This document shows positions 23,146 to 35,340 of a stretch of 64,000 nucleotides of DNA, piece by piece. This DNA is from Azolla caroliniana (taxonomy: Eukaryota; Plantae; Polypodiophyta): contig JBHGNT010000001.1 of assembly GCA_043228905.1 (NCBI GenBank), positions 23,932,001 through 23,996,000 of the forward strand, in the 5' to 3' direction. Each line of letters opens with the position of its first letter. Positions within the stretch are counted from its first letter, which is position 1. The notes beneath the pieces are model-generated. The model was not told the DNA's origin and searched no databases. It saw nothing but the letters and a program-made list of their open reading frames with translations. Made by a program: the position numbers and the translations under genes.

Positions 23146-26100
23146 TGTCGAATACAAGTGTATAATGGACGTATTCACACTATCCCTTTGTATAGCTCAA
23201 GTTTGGGCCATTTGTGTAATTAGCATAAAGGGTAGTTGCCCTAAGTCGGTCACTATATAAAGTGACCTAGTAACCTTTTTGTAAGGTTGGTTGTATTATT
23301 GTTTCTATTGAATAGAAAGTCTTTTGTGCCTCTCTCTCTCTCTCTCTCTCTGTCTCTGTGCACGATCTTGCATTCTGTCATACGCAGGTACTCAAACCCT
23401 AATCGAATGCTACCTGATCTTCCGCATTGACGGCCCCTGTCTCCAACATCTGGTATCAGAGCCTGCACAGTATTCGGTCCTTCATCCCGCTGTCGGCCGT
23501 CGTCTCAGCCTGCACAGCATTCGGTTTCTTGCGTCATTCGAAGAAGAGAGAAGAAGAAGAAAAACGAGGCTTGCATCTCATCGCGTTAGATCATCTTCGC
23601 TTGGAGTAAGCCAGCAGGTTGTACTCTGTTCCTTGTGATCGTAACCGCTCGAGGTCAAATCCCCTTGTGCAACATTGACACGATCGTGCTCCATTCGGTT
23701 AAACGGCATCCGAAGAGGTCATCAAACGCTGCTCGCCGCTCATTGTAACCACTCGGTGCAGATCGGTCTCAAGAAAACAACCCAAATTCGTGCTTCATCC
23801 GGCTGATCGACATTCGGGAGGATCAGTTGGATCCGTCTCTCTCGTCGCTGCAGTCAACTGAAGCAGAATCGGTCCAGATAATCGGTTTCAATAATCGATA
23901 CTCGGCATATATATTCGGAAGCGAACCGGGCTCACTCCGACTCGGCAACATTCGGGAAGACCAGTCGGTTCTGTCCCTCAAGTTACCGGAGTCAATTCGA
24001 GCAAGTTCAACAATACATATATCCGAAGCCGAACCGACTCGGGTTCAAATCCGACTAGAACGATATCGGGTGAGCCAACCGGCTGCACTCCAACAAGGTT
24101 CGTAGTCAACTCCGAACCGAGCTTCGTCAACCGAAACCAAATTTGATGGCATCAACATCCGGCTCGTCAGAAATGAGTCTACGAAAGTTCGATGGATCGA
24201 ACTTTAACTTCTGGAAGGAGCAAATGCAGGACTATCTCATAGTCAAGGGGCAAATCGATCCCATCGAAAATGAAGAACCTCCAGAAGGATACAAACCAAT
24301 TGAGTGGCAGAAACTGGACAGAATCGTCCGCGCCACGATTCGGATGCACCTATCGGAATCGGTATACTTTACGGTGCAATCGTGTACGACAACATTCGAA
24401 CTGTGGAAAACACTGTCGGACACCTACGAAAAGAAGGTCGCTGCAACGAAGATGTTTCTTATTCGGCGCCTCTACAACTTGCGGATGAAAGAATCCGATT
24501 CGGTTCAAGCACATCTAAATGAGTACGAAAGCATAAGCTCCCAAATCTCATCTCAGGGGACGGCAATCGAGGATGAACTCAGAGCAATGATACTCATGAG
24601 CAGCCTTCCCTCATCATGGGAAACTTTCGTCACAACTGTGTGCAACGCGTCAACCACGGCTGTTAAATACTCCGAAGTCACGAGCGCAATCCTGACCGAA
24701 GCAGCTCGGAGAAAGTCTTTCGCTAAAGACTCAACAGACGACGCTTATGTAGTACAAGGTTCGACAGACCGATCGAACATACGAGGAAGAGATTCCTCAC
24801 GGCAGCCGAACAATCAGCGAAGACGGAGCCAGTCACGGGATAATCGAATCTGCAACTATTGCAAGAAACCCGGACACATCAAAGCCGACTGCCGCGCACT
24901 CAAGAACAAGAACGACAAGTCTCAGAAATCAGACAAGAAGAGTGGCCGGCATGAGGAGATCAATTATGTCAGCTTCTCAGCTGATGTGCTACCAAACGAC
25001 CCGAATATACTATCAATCGAAAATCCAGTCGGATCAGAAGTTCTGCTCACGACTGAAGAATCGAGCACATGGCTCTTAGATTCGGGCGCGTCATTTCACG
25101 TGACTCCTCATCGATCCCAATTTCGGCAATATACGATCCGTCACTCCGACTCAGTTCGAGTTGGCAACTCGCAACACTGTGACATCATTGGAATCGGCAC
25201 AGTAGAGCTCAACCTTGCAGGTGGCTCTACACTTGTACTTCACAATGTCCGACATGTACCCGAGCTCTCAAGGCCATTGATCTTAGTCGGACAACTAGAT
25301 GAAGACGGCATTCGTGCCGGTTTCTCTTCGGGAGGGTGGACACTCCACAGGGGGAACCTCCTGCTTGCTAGAGGACCCAAGATACACTCACTGTATCCGT
25401 TACATGTTACGCTCAGGGAGGGTAACCTGTTTTTGGTGGATATTCCTGTGTCATCACTATGGCACAGAAGATTAGGACACCTCAGCAAGGCCGGCATTAC
25501 GCACCTATCTAGAGCCGGATACATCCCTAAACTCTCCTTCTCCGACCATCAATTCTGCGAACATTGCCAGTATGGCAAACAAGCAGCCGCATGACACCCG
25601 ACATTAGCACCAAGAGAAACGAGACCTCTCGATCTAGTCCACTCGGACGTCTGTGGCCCAATGCCGCATCAGTCTCTTGGCGGTGCCTCTTACTTCGTCA
25701 GTTTTATTGACGATTCGACTCGAAAGGTGTGGGCTTATCCAATTCGCACCAAAGATCGTGTCTTCTCGATCTTCTCTGATTGGCTCGCTATGGTAGAAAA
25801 TCAAACTGACCAAAAACTGAAATGCTTTCGGACTGACAATGGGGGAGAGTTCAAATCAGAAGAATTCGTCAAATTCTGCCGACAACGCGGCATCCGACGT
25901 GAATTTACGGCACCACATAGTCCGGAGCAAAACGGGATTGCAGAACGCATGAATCGGACAATCCAAGAACGGATAGTTTCCATGCTCCAACACTCCAGAC
26001 TGTCGGATGGCTTCTGGGCAGAGGCTCTACTCACGGCAGTACACATAATCAATATGTCGCCAAGGAGACCTCTAGGACTTCAAATTCCTCAGGAACTATG

Positions 26101-28675
26101 GATCGGCAGTAAGCCGAATTACGACAAGCTGAGGATCTTCGGATGCGAGGCGTACGCCCTTATTCCGAAAGATGATCGCCGAAAACTTGCACCTCGGTCC
26201 AGGAAATGCATTTTCCTTGGATATGGATCAGACGGCGAAATGGGATACCGACTCTGGGACCCCGAACGCAGACAAATCGTTCGAAGTTCGGACGTTGTGT
26301 TCAACGAGTCGGCTATGAATCCATCAGTCGAAAAACCGACCGAAGTCCGAAGGGTAACATTTTCCGATGTGCCGACCCTTCAAGAAGGCCCCGCTCTTAA
26401 CACACGGTCAGCTTCACGGGTAGCTGAACCTTACACTACCGACTCGGACAACTCTGACTCGGCACAACCGAATGACTCGCTTTCGGACCATCCGACCTCG
26501 ATACCCGATGCGACCAGTCCAATCATACCTCGACGATCCGAGAGACTGTCGCAACCTCCGGAGAGGTATTCTCCTGGAATTTTCTTCACCGACGCCGGCG
26601 AACCGACGTCTTACGAAGAAGCATCGACTTCTGTCGATTCAGCCACCTGGCATCTGGCGATGGAGTCGGAAATGCACTCCATTCGGGCAAACAAGACTTG
26701 GGATCTGGTCGAATTACCTAAGAATCGACGTGCTCTTCCTTGCAAGTGGGTTTATCGACTAAAAGAGACGTCTGATTCGACCACCCCAAAGTACAAGGCC
26801 AGATTAGTTGCGAAGGGCTTCCAACAAGAATATGGCGTCGACTTCGACGAGATTTTTTCACCAGTGGTGAAAATGACAACCCTTCGTTTCCTACTCGGCG
26901 TAGTGGCAGCCGACAACTTGGAGCTGATTCAGCTAGATGTCAAAACAGCCTTCCTCCATGGTGATCTTGAAGAGGAAATTTATATGGAACAGCCAAAAGG
27001 CTTCGTGGCAATTGGCCAAGAACATCTAGTCTGCCGACTCAGGAAGAGTCTATACGGCCTCAAACAGGCACCGCGACAATGGTACAAGAAGTTCGACGAC
27101 TTCATCCAATCGATCGGCTTCTCAAAAAGCGATGAGGATCATTGTCTTTTTACCAACACAGCTCAAGATGGATCACCCATCTTCCTCATCATCTACGTGG
27201 ACGACATGCTAATTTCTGGACGCCACGCGGGCGAACTTGCCGATCTCATTCGGCAACTGCGGTTGAAGTTTGCCATGAAGGACCTCGGTCCGGCACGACA
27301 CATCCTTGGCATGAAGATTAGTCGGCATCGCGATAAACGACATCTTTTTTTGTCTCAGACCGACTATATCGGACGTGTCTTGGAACGCTTCAACATGCAA
27401 TCAGCCAAATCTGCTTCAACCCCGCTCCCCATGAATCTTCGGCTCTCTCAGCGAGACTGCCCGACATCCGGTCCGGAGGGGGAAGATATGAAGTCGGTAC
27501 CGTATGCACCGGCAGTCGGCTCCCTTATGTACCTGATGGTCGCGACACGGCCTGATATTTCTCATGCCGTAGGAGTCGTTAGCAGATTTATGCACAATCC
27601 TGGCCGATCGCATTGGAACGCAGTCAAGCATGTGTTCAAATATCTGGCTGGCACAAAAGATCACGTCATTCTTTTCGGTCCGAACTCAACCTCAGGCGTA
27701 GTCGGTTACACCGACTCGGACTTCGCCGGCTGTATAGACAGTCGGAAATCAACAACCGGATACTGCTTCAAATTCGGCAATGGAGCAATTTCGTGGAAGT
27801 CGAAACTTCAGGAGTGCACAGCGACCTCAACGACCGAAGCAGAATATGTAGCTGCGTCCGATGCTGCAAAAGAAGCTCTGTGGCTCGGCCGGCTGGCGCA
27901 CACGTTTCGGCAAGTCGACCACGACTCAACTCCAGTTGTCTATAGCGACAGTCAAGGTGCTGTTGCCTTGTCGAGAAATCCGGTTCACCACAACGCCTCC
28001 AAACATATCGACGTTCGATATCACCTCGTTCGGGACTGCGTCATTTCAGGGAAAATCGGTCTAGAGAAAATATCCACAATCGACAATGTCGCAGATGGAA
28101 TGACCAAGTGTCTTTCGGCAGACCGCTTCCGGTCCCTTCGGCATCAGATGGGCGTAACGACAAACCAGTCCGGTTAGAGCCGGACACAGCGTAGGATGGT
28201 TTCGGACAACCGACATCAGTTCCTTAATGATCGGCTTCAACTCTTCCGACCCGACCAGTCCGGTCTTCTGCCTTCGGACCCTGCCGACTCGAACAAAACT
28301 GATATGCCCGAGAACCTAGGCTTATACCTGTAATCTTAGACAACCCATGTATACGCCCATTACGGGGGAGTGTCGAATACAAGTGTATAATGGACGTATT
28401 CACACTATCCCTTTGTATAGCTCAAGTTTGGGCCATTTGTGTAATTAGCATAAAGGGTAGTTGCCCTAAGTCGGTCACTATATAAAGTGACCTAGTAACC
28501 TTTTTGTAAGGTTGGTTGTATTATTGTTTCTATTGAATAGAAAGTCTTTTGTGCCTCTCTCTCTCTCTCTCTCTCTCTGTCTCTGTGCACGATCTTGCAT
28601 TCTGTCATACGCAGGTACTCAAACCCTAATCGAATGCTACCTGATCTTCCGCATTGACGGCCCCTGTCTCCAACA
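23146..28675 (+). mobile_element. Complete, very young Ty1/copia element (Tnt1-like) nested in the RT of A1
   Basis: LTRs 23146-23448 and 28371-28675. TSD ATGAG at 23141-23145 and 28676-28680. tRNA-iMet PBS TGGTATCAGAGC at 23451-23462. PPT GGGGGAG just before 28371. Confidence 0.97.
24146..28177 (+). pseudogene. Copia gag-PR-INT-RT-RH polyprotein with a single in-frame TGA at 25592-25594
   Basis: ORFs 24143-25594 and 25661-28177 share a frame. Motifs: CNYCKKPGHIKADC, WLLDSGAS, VHSDVCGP, TDNGGEF, LDVKTAFLHG, IYVDDM, YTDSDF, KHIDVRYH. Confidence 0.93.
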
Positions 28676-29527
28676 ATGAGGTCTATAGCTTCCTAGATGG
28701 ATTCGGCAAGTATAATCAGATCCTGATGCACCCCGACGACCAAGAGAAAACGGCTTTCGTCCCCGAATGGGGGGTGTTTGTGGCCGTGGTGATGATGTTC
28801 GGACTCAAAACGGCACCGGCAACATTTCAAGGAATCATCATGGAAATCTTTGGTGAATATATTCCGGCTTTTATGCAGGTTTTCCTTGACGATTTCGCCG
28901 TCTATATCCGGGAGGAGGACCATTTTCAGCACCTCTGTCTTTGTCTAGAAAAGTGTAGAGCGTACTGGCTAAGCTTGAATCTGGCAAAGTGTGTATTTGG
29001 TGTGTCCATTGGAACTTTATTAGGACATATGTTAGCCAGGAAGGTATTGCAGTTGACCCGGACAAAGTGAAAGCCATATTAGAAGCACCGGCGCCGACAA
29101 CGGCAAAGGCATTAAGCTGGTTCTTAGGCCAGATCCGGTGGCATAGCCGGATGCTCCGATACTTGGCCGACCTGGCTACACCGTTGCATGCCGCCGTACA
29201 TCGGACACCCTTCCAGTGGACCGACACCGAGGATAGGGCATATAGGGCCCTCAAGGTACTATTGTCGCAAGCACCGGTAGTGCAGCCTCCGAATTGGAGT
29301 AAAGAATTTCATGTGTTCGTGGACGCCTTCGACATCGCGATCGGAAGCGTACTTATGCAACTTACGGAGCCAAAGTGGTACCGGCCAGTGTACTATGCCA
29401 GCCGAAAGCTATCCCAAGCAGAACGGAACTACTCTACCACGGAACGGGAAGCTCTAGGGATGATCTACAGTGTGACAAAGTTTTGGCATTATTTATTGGG
29501 AAGGAAGTTTTCCTTCCATGTAGATCA

Positions 29528-30319
29528 TGTTGGGAGACAGGTCCCTCCGGATGGGAAGGGAGAAGAACAGTGCCGACAAACAAACTCGGCCGAGGCCGAC
29601 AGGCCGAGGCCGAAACGGTATGAACCGGATGGGGAGTACCCGACTGCGGAGAGCCGGATGGTGTAGGCCCGGTATGAACCGGATGGGGAGTACCCGACTG
29701 CGGAGAGCCGGATAGTGTAGGCCCGGTATGAACCGGATGGGGAGTACCCGATTGCGGAGAGCCGGATGGTGTAGGCCCGGTATGAACCGGATGGGGAGTA
29801 CCCGGCTACGGAGAGACGGATGGTGCAGGCCCGGTATGAACCAGAGGAAGAGACATATTTGTAAATATGTTTCTGAGAGCCCATCGAGGCTACATTTGTA
29901 AATAGCCGAAAAGTCATATTAGTATAAATATGACTTAGGGCAAACTTTTATGTGGGTCGTTTTTATTGTTGTTATTCTTCCTTGTTGGTGCAAGAAGATA
30001 GAGAAGAGCGCGTAACTGTACAGAGAGAGAGAGAGAGAGAGACGAGGTCGTTGCCTCTGTTGTAACCGCCGCCTGTGGCGAAGATCTGAGAGCACGAGGT
30101 CGTTGCCTCAGTGATCTCACTGTTGTATATTCCTACATAGTGACAGTTTGCAGCCTGTGGGCTGCCGTGGTTTTTCCCTTATTTTTGGGGTTTTCCACGT
30201 AAACCTCCTGTGTACCATTTCTCCCCTTTGTGTCGCGTTTCATTACCTGTTTTTCTGTGTATGAAAAGAACCTCGGTTGTGGTTGAGCGTCGGACATAAG
30301 GAACGTCGAGTTCTCATCA
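29528..30319 (+). mobile_element. Solo LTR (792 bp) of a copia related to element B, nested in the A1 RNase H
   Basis: TG...CA ends; TSD GATCA at 29523-29527 and 30320-30324. The 3' half resembles the LTR at 41259-41806. It contains four full 54-bp tandem repeats plus a partial one (29616-29842). Confidence 0.92.
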
Positions 30320-32333
30320 GATCATTTGGCACTCCTTTACCTGGTGTCCAAAGCGTCACTCACCGGTAAATTGGCCCGGTGGACCTTACTGTTACAGGAA
30401 TTCGAGTTTGAAATATTCCACCGACCCGGTATACATCATGCCGTGGCGGATTACTTAAGCCGATTAGAGTCCGGAGAGACGGGTGACGGAGTAACCGATG
30501 AGTTTCCGGATGCCGAGCTGTTTCGAGTCACTACGGAAACGGTAGCAGATGAGACGGTGGCACAGGAAGACAAGTGGCTCACAAACATGCACCAGTTTCT
30601 GAGCACAGGACTGCCTCTGGAAGAGATGAATCGGGATGAAGGGAAACGCCTGGCGGTGCAAAGCCGACATTTCTACTTACTGCAAGACACACTTTACCAC
30701 AAGGGCGCGGACGGCATATGGAGACGGGCTGTGCGCAGCGATGAAAAGGACCTGATACTGAGGGAAGCCCACTGCGGAGTTGCCGGAGGTCACTATGCCG
30801 GAGATGTGATGGCCAGGAAAATATGGCAAAGTGGCCTATGGTGGCCAACGACATTAAGAGATGCGGTACGGTACGCAAAAGAATGTGACCTATGCCAACG
30901 AATGGGCCAGCCAACGGAGCAGGATCGTATGCCACACTAGTCGGTACTACCACTCGAGCCATTCCAGAAGTGGGGCCTGGACTTTGTTGGACCGTTCAAA
31001 CCACCGGCAATGAGAACGGGTAATCGGTACGTCATCGTCGCGACGGATTACTGCACGAAATGGGTGGAGGCCAAAGCCTTAAGAGACAACACCGCTGCGT
31101 CAACGACGAAATTTCTATACGAGTACATCTGGTGCCGTTATGGATGGCCAATCGAATTAATAAGCGACCAAGGGGGGCACTTTCTCGGCCAAGTAGTTGA
31201 AAGCCTGACGACATTCTATGCCGTTGTCCATAAATGGAGCACACCATACTATCCGCAAGCGAACGGGTTAGCGGAATCGACGAACAAAACGCTCCAGAAT
31301 ATCCTCCGGAAGATCGTCAATGAAAACCGAACGGATTGGGATACCAAGCTACATAGCGCGCTTTGGGCATACCGGATGGCATATCAAACGAGCATCCGAA
31401 CAACACCGTTCCGGTTAGCGTTCGGACTAGAGGCGGTAATGCCGGTGGAATTCCAAGTACCCAGCTTATGGATCCAGCTACGGGAATGGCTGAACGAGAA
31501 GGAGTCGGAGGCAATACGGTTAACAACGTTGTGTGAACTTAAGGAACAACGACTGGCAAGCATCTTGCACTTAGAATTGGAACAACGGCGACGGAAAGCA
31601 TTTGTCGACTGGCACAGGAAAGGAAACGAAAAAATGTTCGCAATCGGCAAACCGGTGTTAGTATTTCAGACCCGGATGGGCAAGATGTCGGGTAAACTAC
31701 GGTTTAGATGGACCGGACCGTATTGGTTGACATGTGAGTATAATGGGTCCTACCAGTTAGGGACACTTGCTGGCGAAGTGCTAGGCAAATGGTTCAACGG
31801 ATTCCGATTGAAGCCATATAGAGGACCGATGCCTAAGAACCCATTTGAGCAAAGGACCAACACCGTTGAGGGAAACGACAACCACCAAGACAGCAGAGAC
31901 GGTGAGCCGGGAACTGGGGAGAATGAGGCCAGTAAGGGTCTGATAGGACCAACGGACAAGTAACGTCACACTAACAGAAAAAAAAAAAAAAAAAAAAGAA
32001 GTAATCATGCAAAAGCGAGGAATGAATGGACGAAAGAGCGAGGAGCGAAAAGGTACGTAGTGGGCATTTAAAGCGCCATCACAGGACATAATGCTATTTT
32101 AGTACACGACGTGCACACACTCGAAAAAGGCGCCAGAATGCACAGAGAAAAACCACTGCGCGTGGAAACCCTCTACTTTCGAGAACCCAGGAGCACAGAA
32201 GCACCAAGGCGTCGCAAGATCATCAGACGAGAACCTTTCACTCAGAGAACCCCCGCCTTCTGAACTCTCTCTCTCTCACTCTCACTCTCATCACCAGCCA
32301 ACCTCGCCGCCACAAGCCGACCTCGACACAAAC

Positions 32334-35200
32334 ATGGACCCGCAAACGATGTCGGAAGCCGCCAAGACATGGCTAAAGCAACACGGGCTCGAGGGCTTCT
32401 TGATGATTATGGAGGTACCGCGACACAAAGAAGCCGACAAGGTGATCAAAGAAATCGACACAGAGGTCATAACGGCAGAGGCGATTCGAGCGTTAACAGG
32501 CCTTCCGGAGGGAGGCATACTCACGATTGACAATCCGACCTCGGAGCAACTCATCAGGTATTTTGGTGAGTACTCCCTAGCTAGCAAGGGCTACCGGACA
32601 CAGGGCGGTGGAGATATGCTGTTCCGCGAGATTGCTCGTGTGCTCCACGAATACGGCCATGTGTACCCTAGACCCCCTGTCATGCCGCAGAACCGGGCAG
32701 GGATGATCATCACCACCTATGAAGGGATCAAGGTGGATTGGCCGGTATTGATCGCAGATGGGTTGTGTGCGGCGATCGAGATCGTCAGAGGCAAAGACGA
32801 CAAAGAAGGCCGAGACGGACGGAGGATATGGCACGCCGTAACGTAGTGGCTCACCTTGCTTGTGCCACCCGTCCAGCCCGTCCAACCCAAGAAGCGAGGA
32901 AGAGTGGCGGACGGCACCCCAAAGACGGCTTCCAAAAGACAACAACTGTTGGCCTCTAAGGCCACTAAGGGGAAGGCGGCGGACGCAGAACAGGCGGGAA
33001 AGGAGAGCGGCAGCCGGAAGTAGCCAACGGATGCGTAGGAGGAACCACCGACACGGCCCGTAAAGGTTACATTCCGCCAACCGGTGAATAGAGAAGCGGA
33101 TCCCTTGGCGGCAAAACTCAATGCCGGGACTCAGGAAGAGGAAATAGAGGAGGAGCCTACGGAGCACCTCTAGCAACGGTCGTCGGCAAGGACCGTTGAG
33201 ACAGCCGGGAAACGTTCGGACCCTCAGACGGAGGGAACACCGGCTCCCCATACTGAGACTCCCACGCAAAGGGAGGAACCGGAACCGGTGCGCATGACAC
33301 CGGAATCAGAAGCCCCAGCACCACCGGCAACACTGGCAAGTCCCATCCCGCTAGAGCCAGAAAGGTCAATGCAGCCTCCCTCGACCAACCAAGAAGAAGC
33401 GCAAGGGGAACCAAGACAGCAGGGTGGTCTTCGGGCTGAAACAGAATTGCAACTCGGTGCAATCAGGCGGGACCACCCATCTGCAAGCGAGCCCATCTGT
33501 CAAACCTCCTTGCAAGCACAACAATGCAACGGCAGCCTGTGGCTCCGGTGGATAAGCGAACAGATTGCCGGAGCAGTGGGGTATATTGAGGTGGAAGAAA
33601 GAGCGCAAAGCGAACGGTTGCTCGTCACAACCGAACAACTAGAGACGGCCCGGTCCAGAATCCGGTGCCTTGAAAAAGACTTGGATCAGGTCACGGTAGA
33701 GATGGCCAAAATGGCCTTAACGGCAACACAGATCCAATCACCGGTGACTCCGGTAAGTGTACAGAATAAAGAAACAGATCGACCTGTACATACCAATAAG
33801 ACCCCGGCAACGGAAACCGTTCCGACGAGAGATGCGGCACAAGCCCAGGAGCTTGCGGAATTGAGAGATGAACTTGCCGCACAAGAAGCGCTAAGGAGCC
33901 GTGAACGGGAATTGAAGACAGTGGCCGGAGCCGAATTAAAGAAGACTGCTGAGAACCTCCGTCGGGCAGAGGAGAGCCTCTGGAAAGGCCATCAAGCGTA
34001 CGACCGGCTAAGGGAGGAAAAAGATAAAGTGCTGCAGGAAAAGGACAAGCTGCGGAAGACGGCGGAAACGGAAATTGAACGGCTAAAGGAAGAGCTCCGC
34101 CAACAGAAGGACCGCGAGAACCGGGCCTGTCGACAGATCAACGCACGACTCAAGCAAAAGACAGATGATTTTGAGCACTTGCACCGGGTCTACAAACGGC
34201 TGGAAACGGAGCATAAGGAACGGATGGCCGAGCTCCAGCAGGAAGTTGATCGGGCCCGATGGCGATCGTCGACGAACGTGCGGAAAATACAAGACGGTTG
34301 GACGAGGCGGAGAAGGTCCGGATAGAGCTCCAGAGGCAGTAGCAGGAAGAAAAGGAGAGAGCGTCAATGGTATTGTAGAAAGTACAAAGCACATATCAAA
34401 GGCAATTGAGGCATTACAAGGAGCAGGCGGAAGACAATGTCAAAATCATCAAGCAACTGAAGGAGGAACGACAAGCGGCGGAAATCAAATCGCAATTGGG
34501 AACGAGCCGGATTCAGTGCATCCTCCGGGCATGGCTGAATCAGACAAAACGCTTGATTGACGAAAGCTCCGTAAGATGGTGGACAAAGTGGGCACAAAAC
34601 GCGGCGGAACTCCAATTGCTACGGGCAGACGTGGCAAACCGGCGAAAGGAAGGAGATGAGATTGTTATACGTTGACTTCCGAGGACTTCATCGCCATACG
34701 GGATGAGCTGGCCGACGACTTCCAAGTCTTGGCGGATGAACAGCTGGCGCAGGTCCGACAACTCGTAGCTCAGCTAGACGATGATAGGCTGGACGCTGAA
34801 ATCCAGTTTGAAAGCTACGAGCGGTCCCGGGTTCGGGAAGAAAATGCACGGGAAGCGGCAACGGTTAACCTTAGTGATGAGGAATTGTCGCCGGCCGAGG
34901 GCCAGCCCGGAAGCAGTCAACCGGAGACCACTACGACGGAGGGAGCAACGACGGAGACGCCGGTGTCAGAGCAACAAACGGAGGAGCAGCCGCAATAGCC
35001 ACCAACGGACCCGTCGCAGCAGACATCAACAGAGCAGCAACAGTAGCAGCAACAACAACAACAACCACCAATTCCAGATGAACCATTGGAGACTCTCGAA
35101 CAAAGCATTCTGGATATTTTGGACGAAGAATAACAAGGGTCGGTTGTGGATTCGACGTACAAGGTACTGTCCCATGGGCAAAGATGGATGCAAACGAAAA
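32334..35200 (+). pseudogene. Decayed accessory ORF of A1 downstream of integrase (globular N-terminus, basic patch, long coiled coil)
   Basis: ORFs 32334-32846 and 33288-34325 are in one frame, separated only by TAG stops. The E/K/R/Q heptad-rich region continues through frameshifts (34406-34675, 34672-34998). Confidence 0.75.
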
Positions 35201-35340
35201 TGCTCATAATTTCTCGCCATGGTAACGGAATTCAGTAAATGAACATTCCTTAGAAAGCTTTCTAATGAGCTATAGAATGTAAACAATGATGGATGGAGTG
35301 AAACAAGAGAGAGAGAAAGAAAGAAAGAAAGAAAGATATA

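Larger units (their letters stand above)
20434..31963 (+). pseudogene. gag-pol of element A1 (segments 20434-23145, 28681-29527, 30325-31963)
   Basis: Peptides rejoin across the insertions (DAVASHE|VYSFLDG and FSFHVDH|LALLYLV). Several premature stops and a frameshift near 29030. Confidence 0.88.
19850..35200 (+). mobile_element. Ty3/gypsy non-chromovirus (Athila-like) element A1; decayed, no 3' LTR found; hosts two nested insertions
   Basis: 5' LTR 19850-20282 (TGTTA...TAACA) and PBS-like TGGCGACCAC ~20290. gag with CCHC knuckles, protease-like VIEGGFGVN, RT (RVCVDYRKLN...VFLDDF), RNase H, integrase to 31963 with no chromodomain, then an extra ORF. The right end is approximate. Confidence 0.88.

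Noticed and set aside
25592-25600. Programmed readthrough at the copia TGA
   Set aside because: The context TGA-CAC-CCG does not match the CARYYA or TGA-CTA readthrough motifs, and the position inside integrase is atypical. A point mutation is more likely.
29616-29842. Regular 54-bp repeats resembling a CRISPR array
   Set aside because: The units are head-to-tail with no unique spacers, lie inside an LTR, have no cas genes nearby, and the context is eukaryotic.
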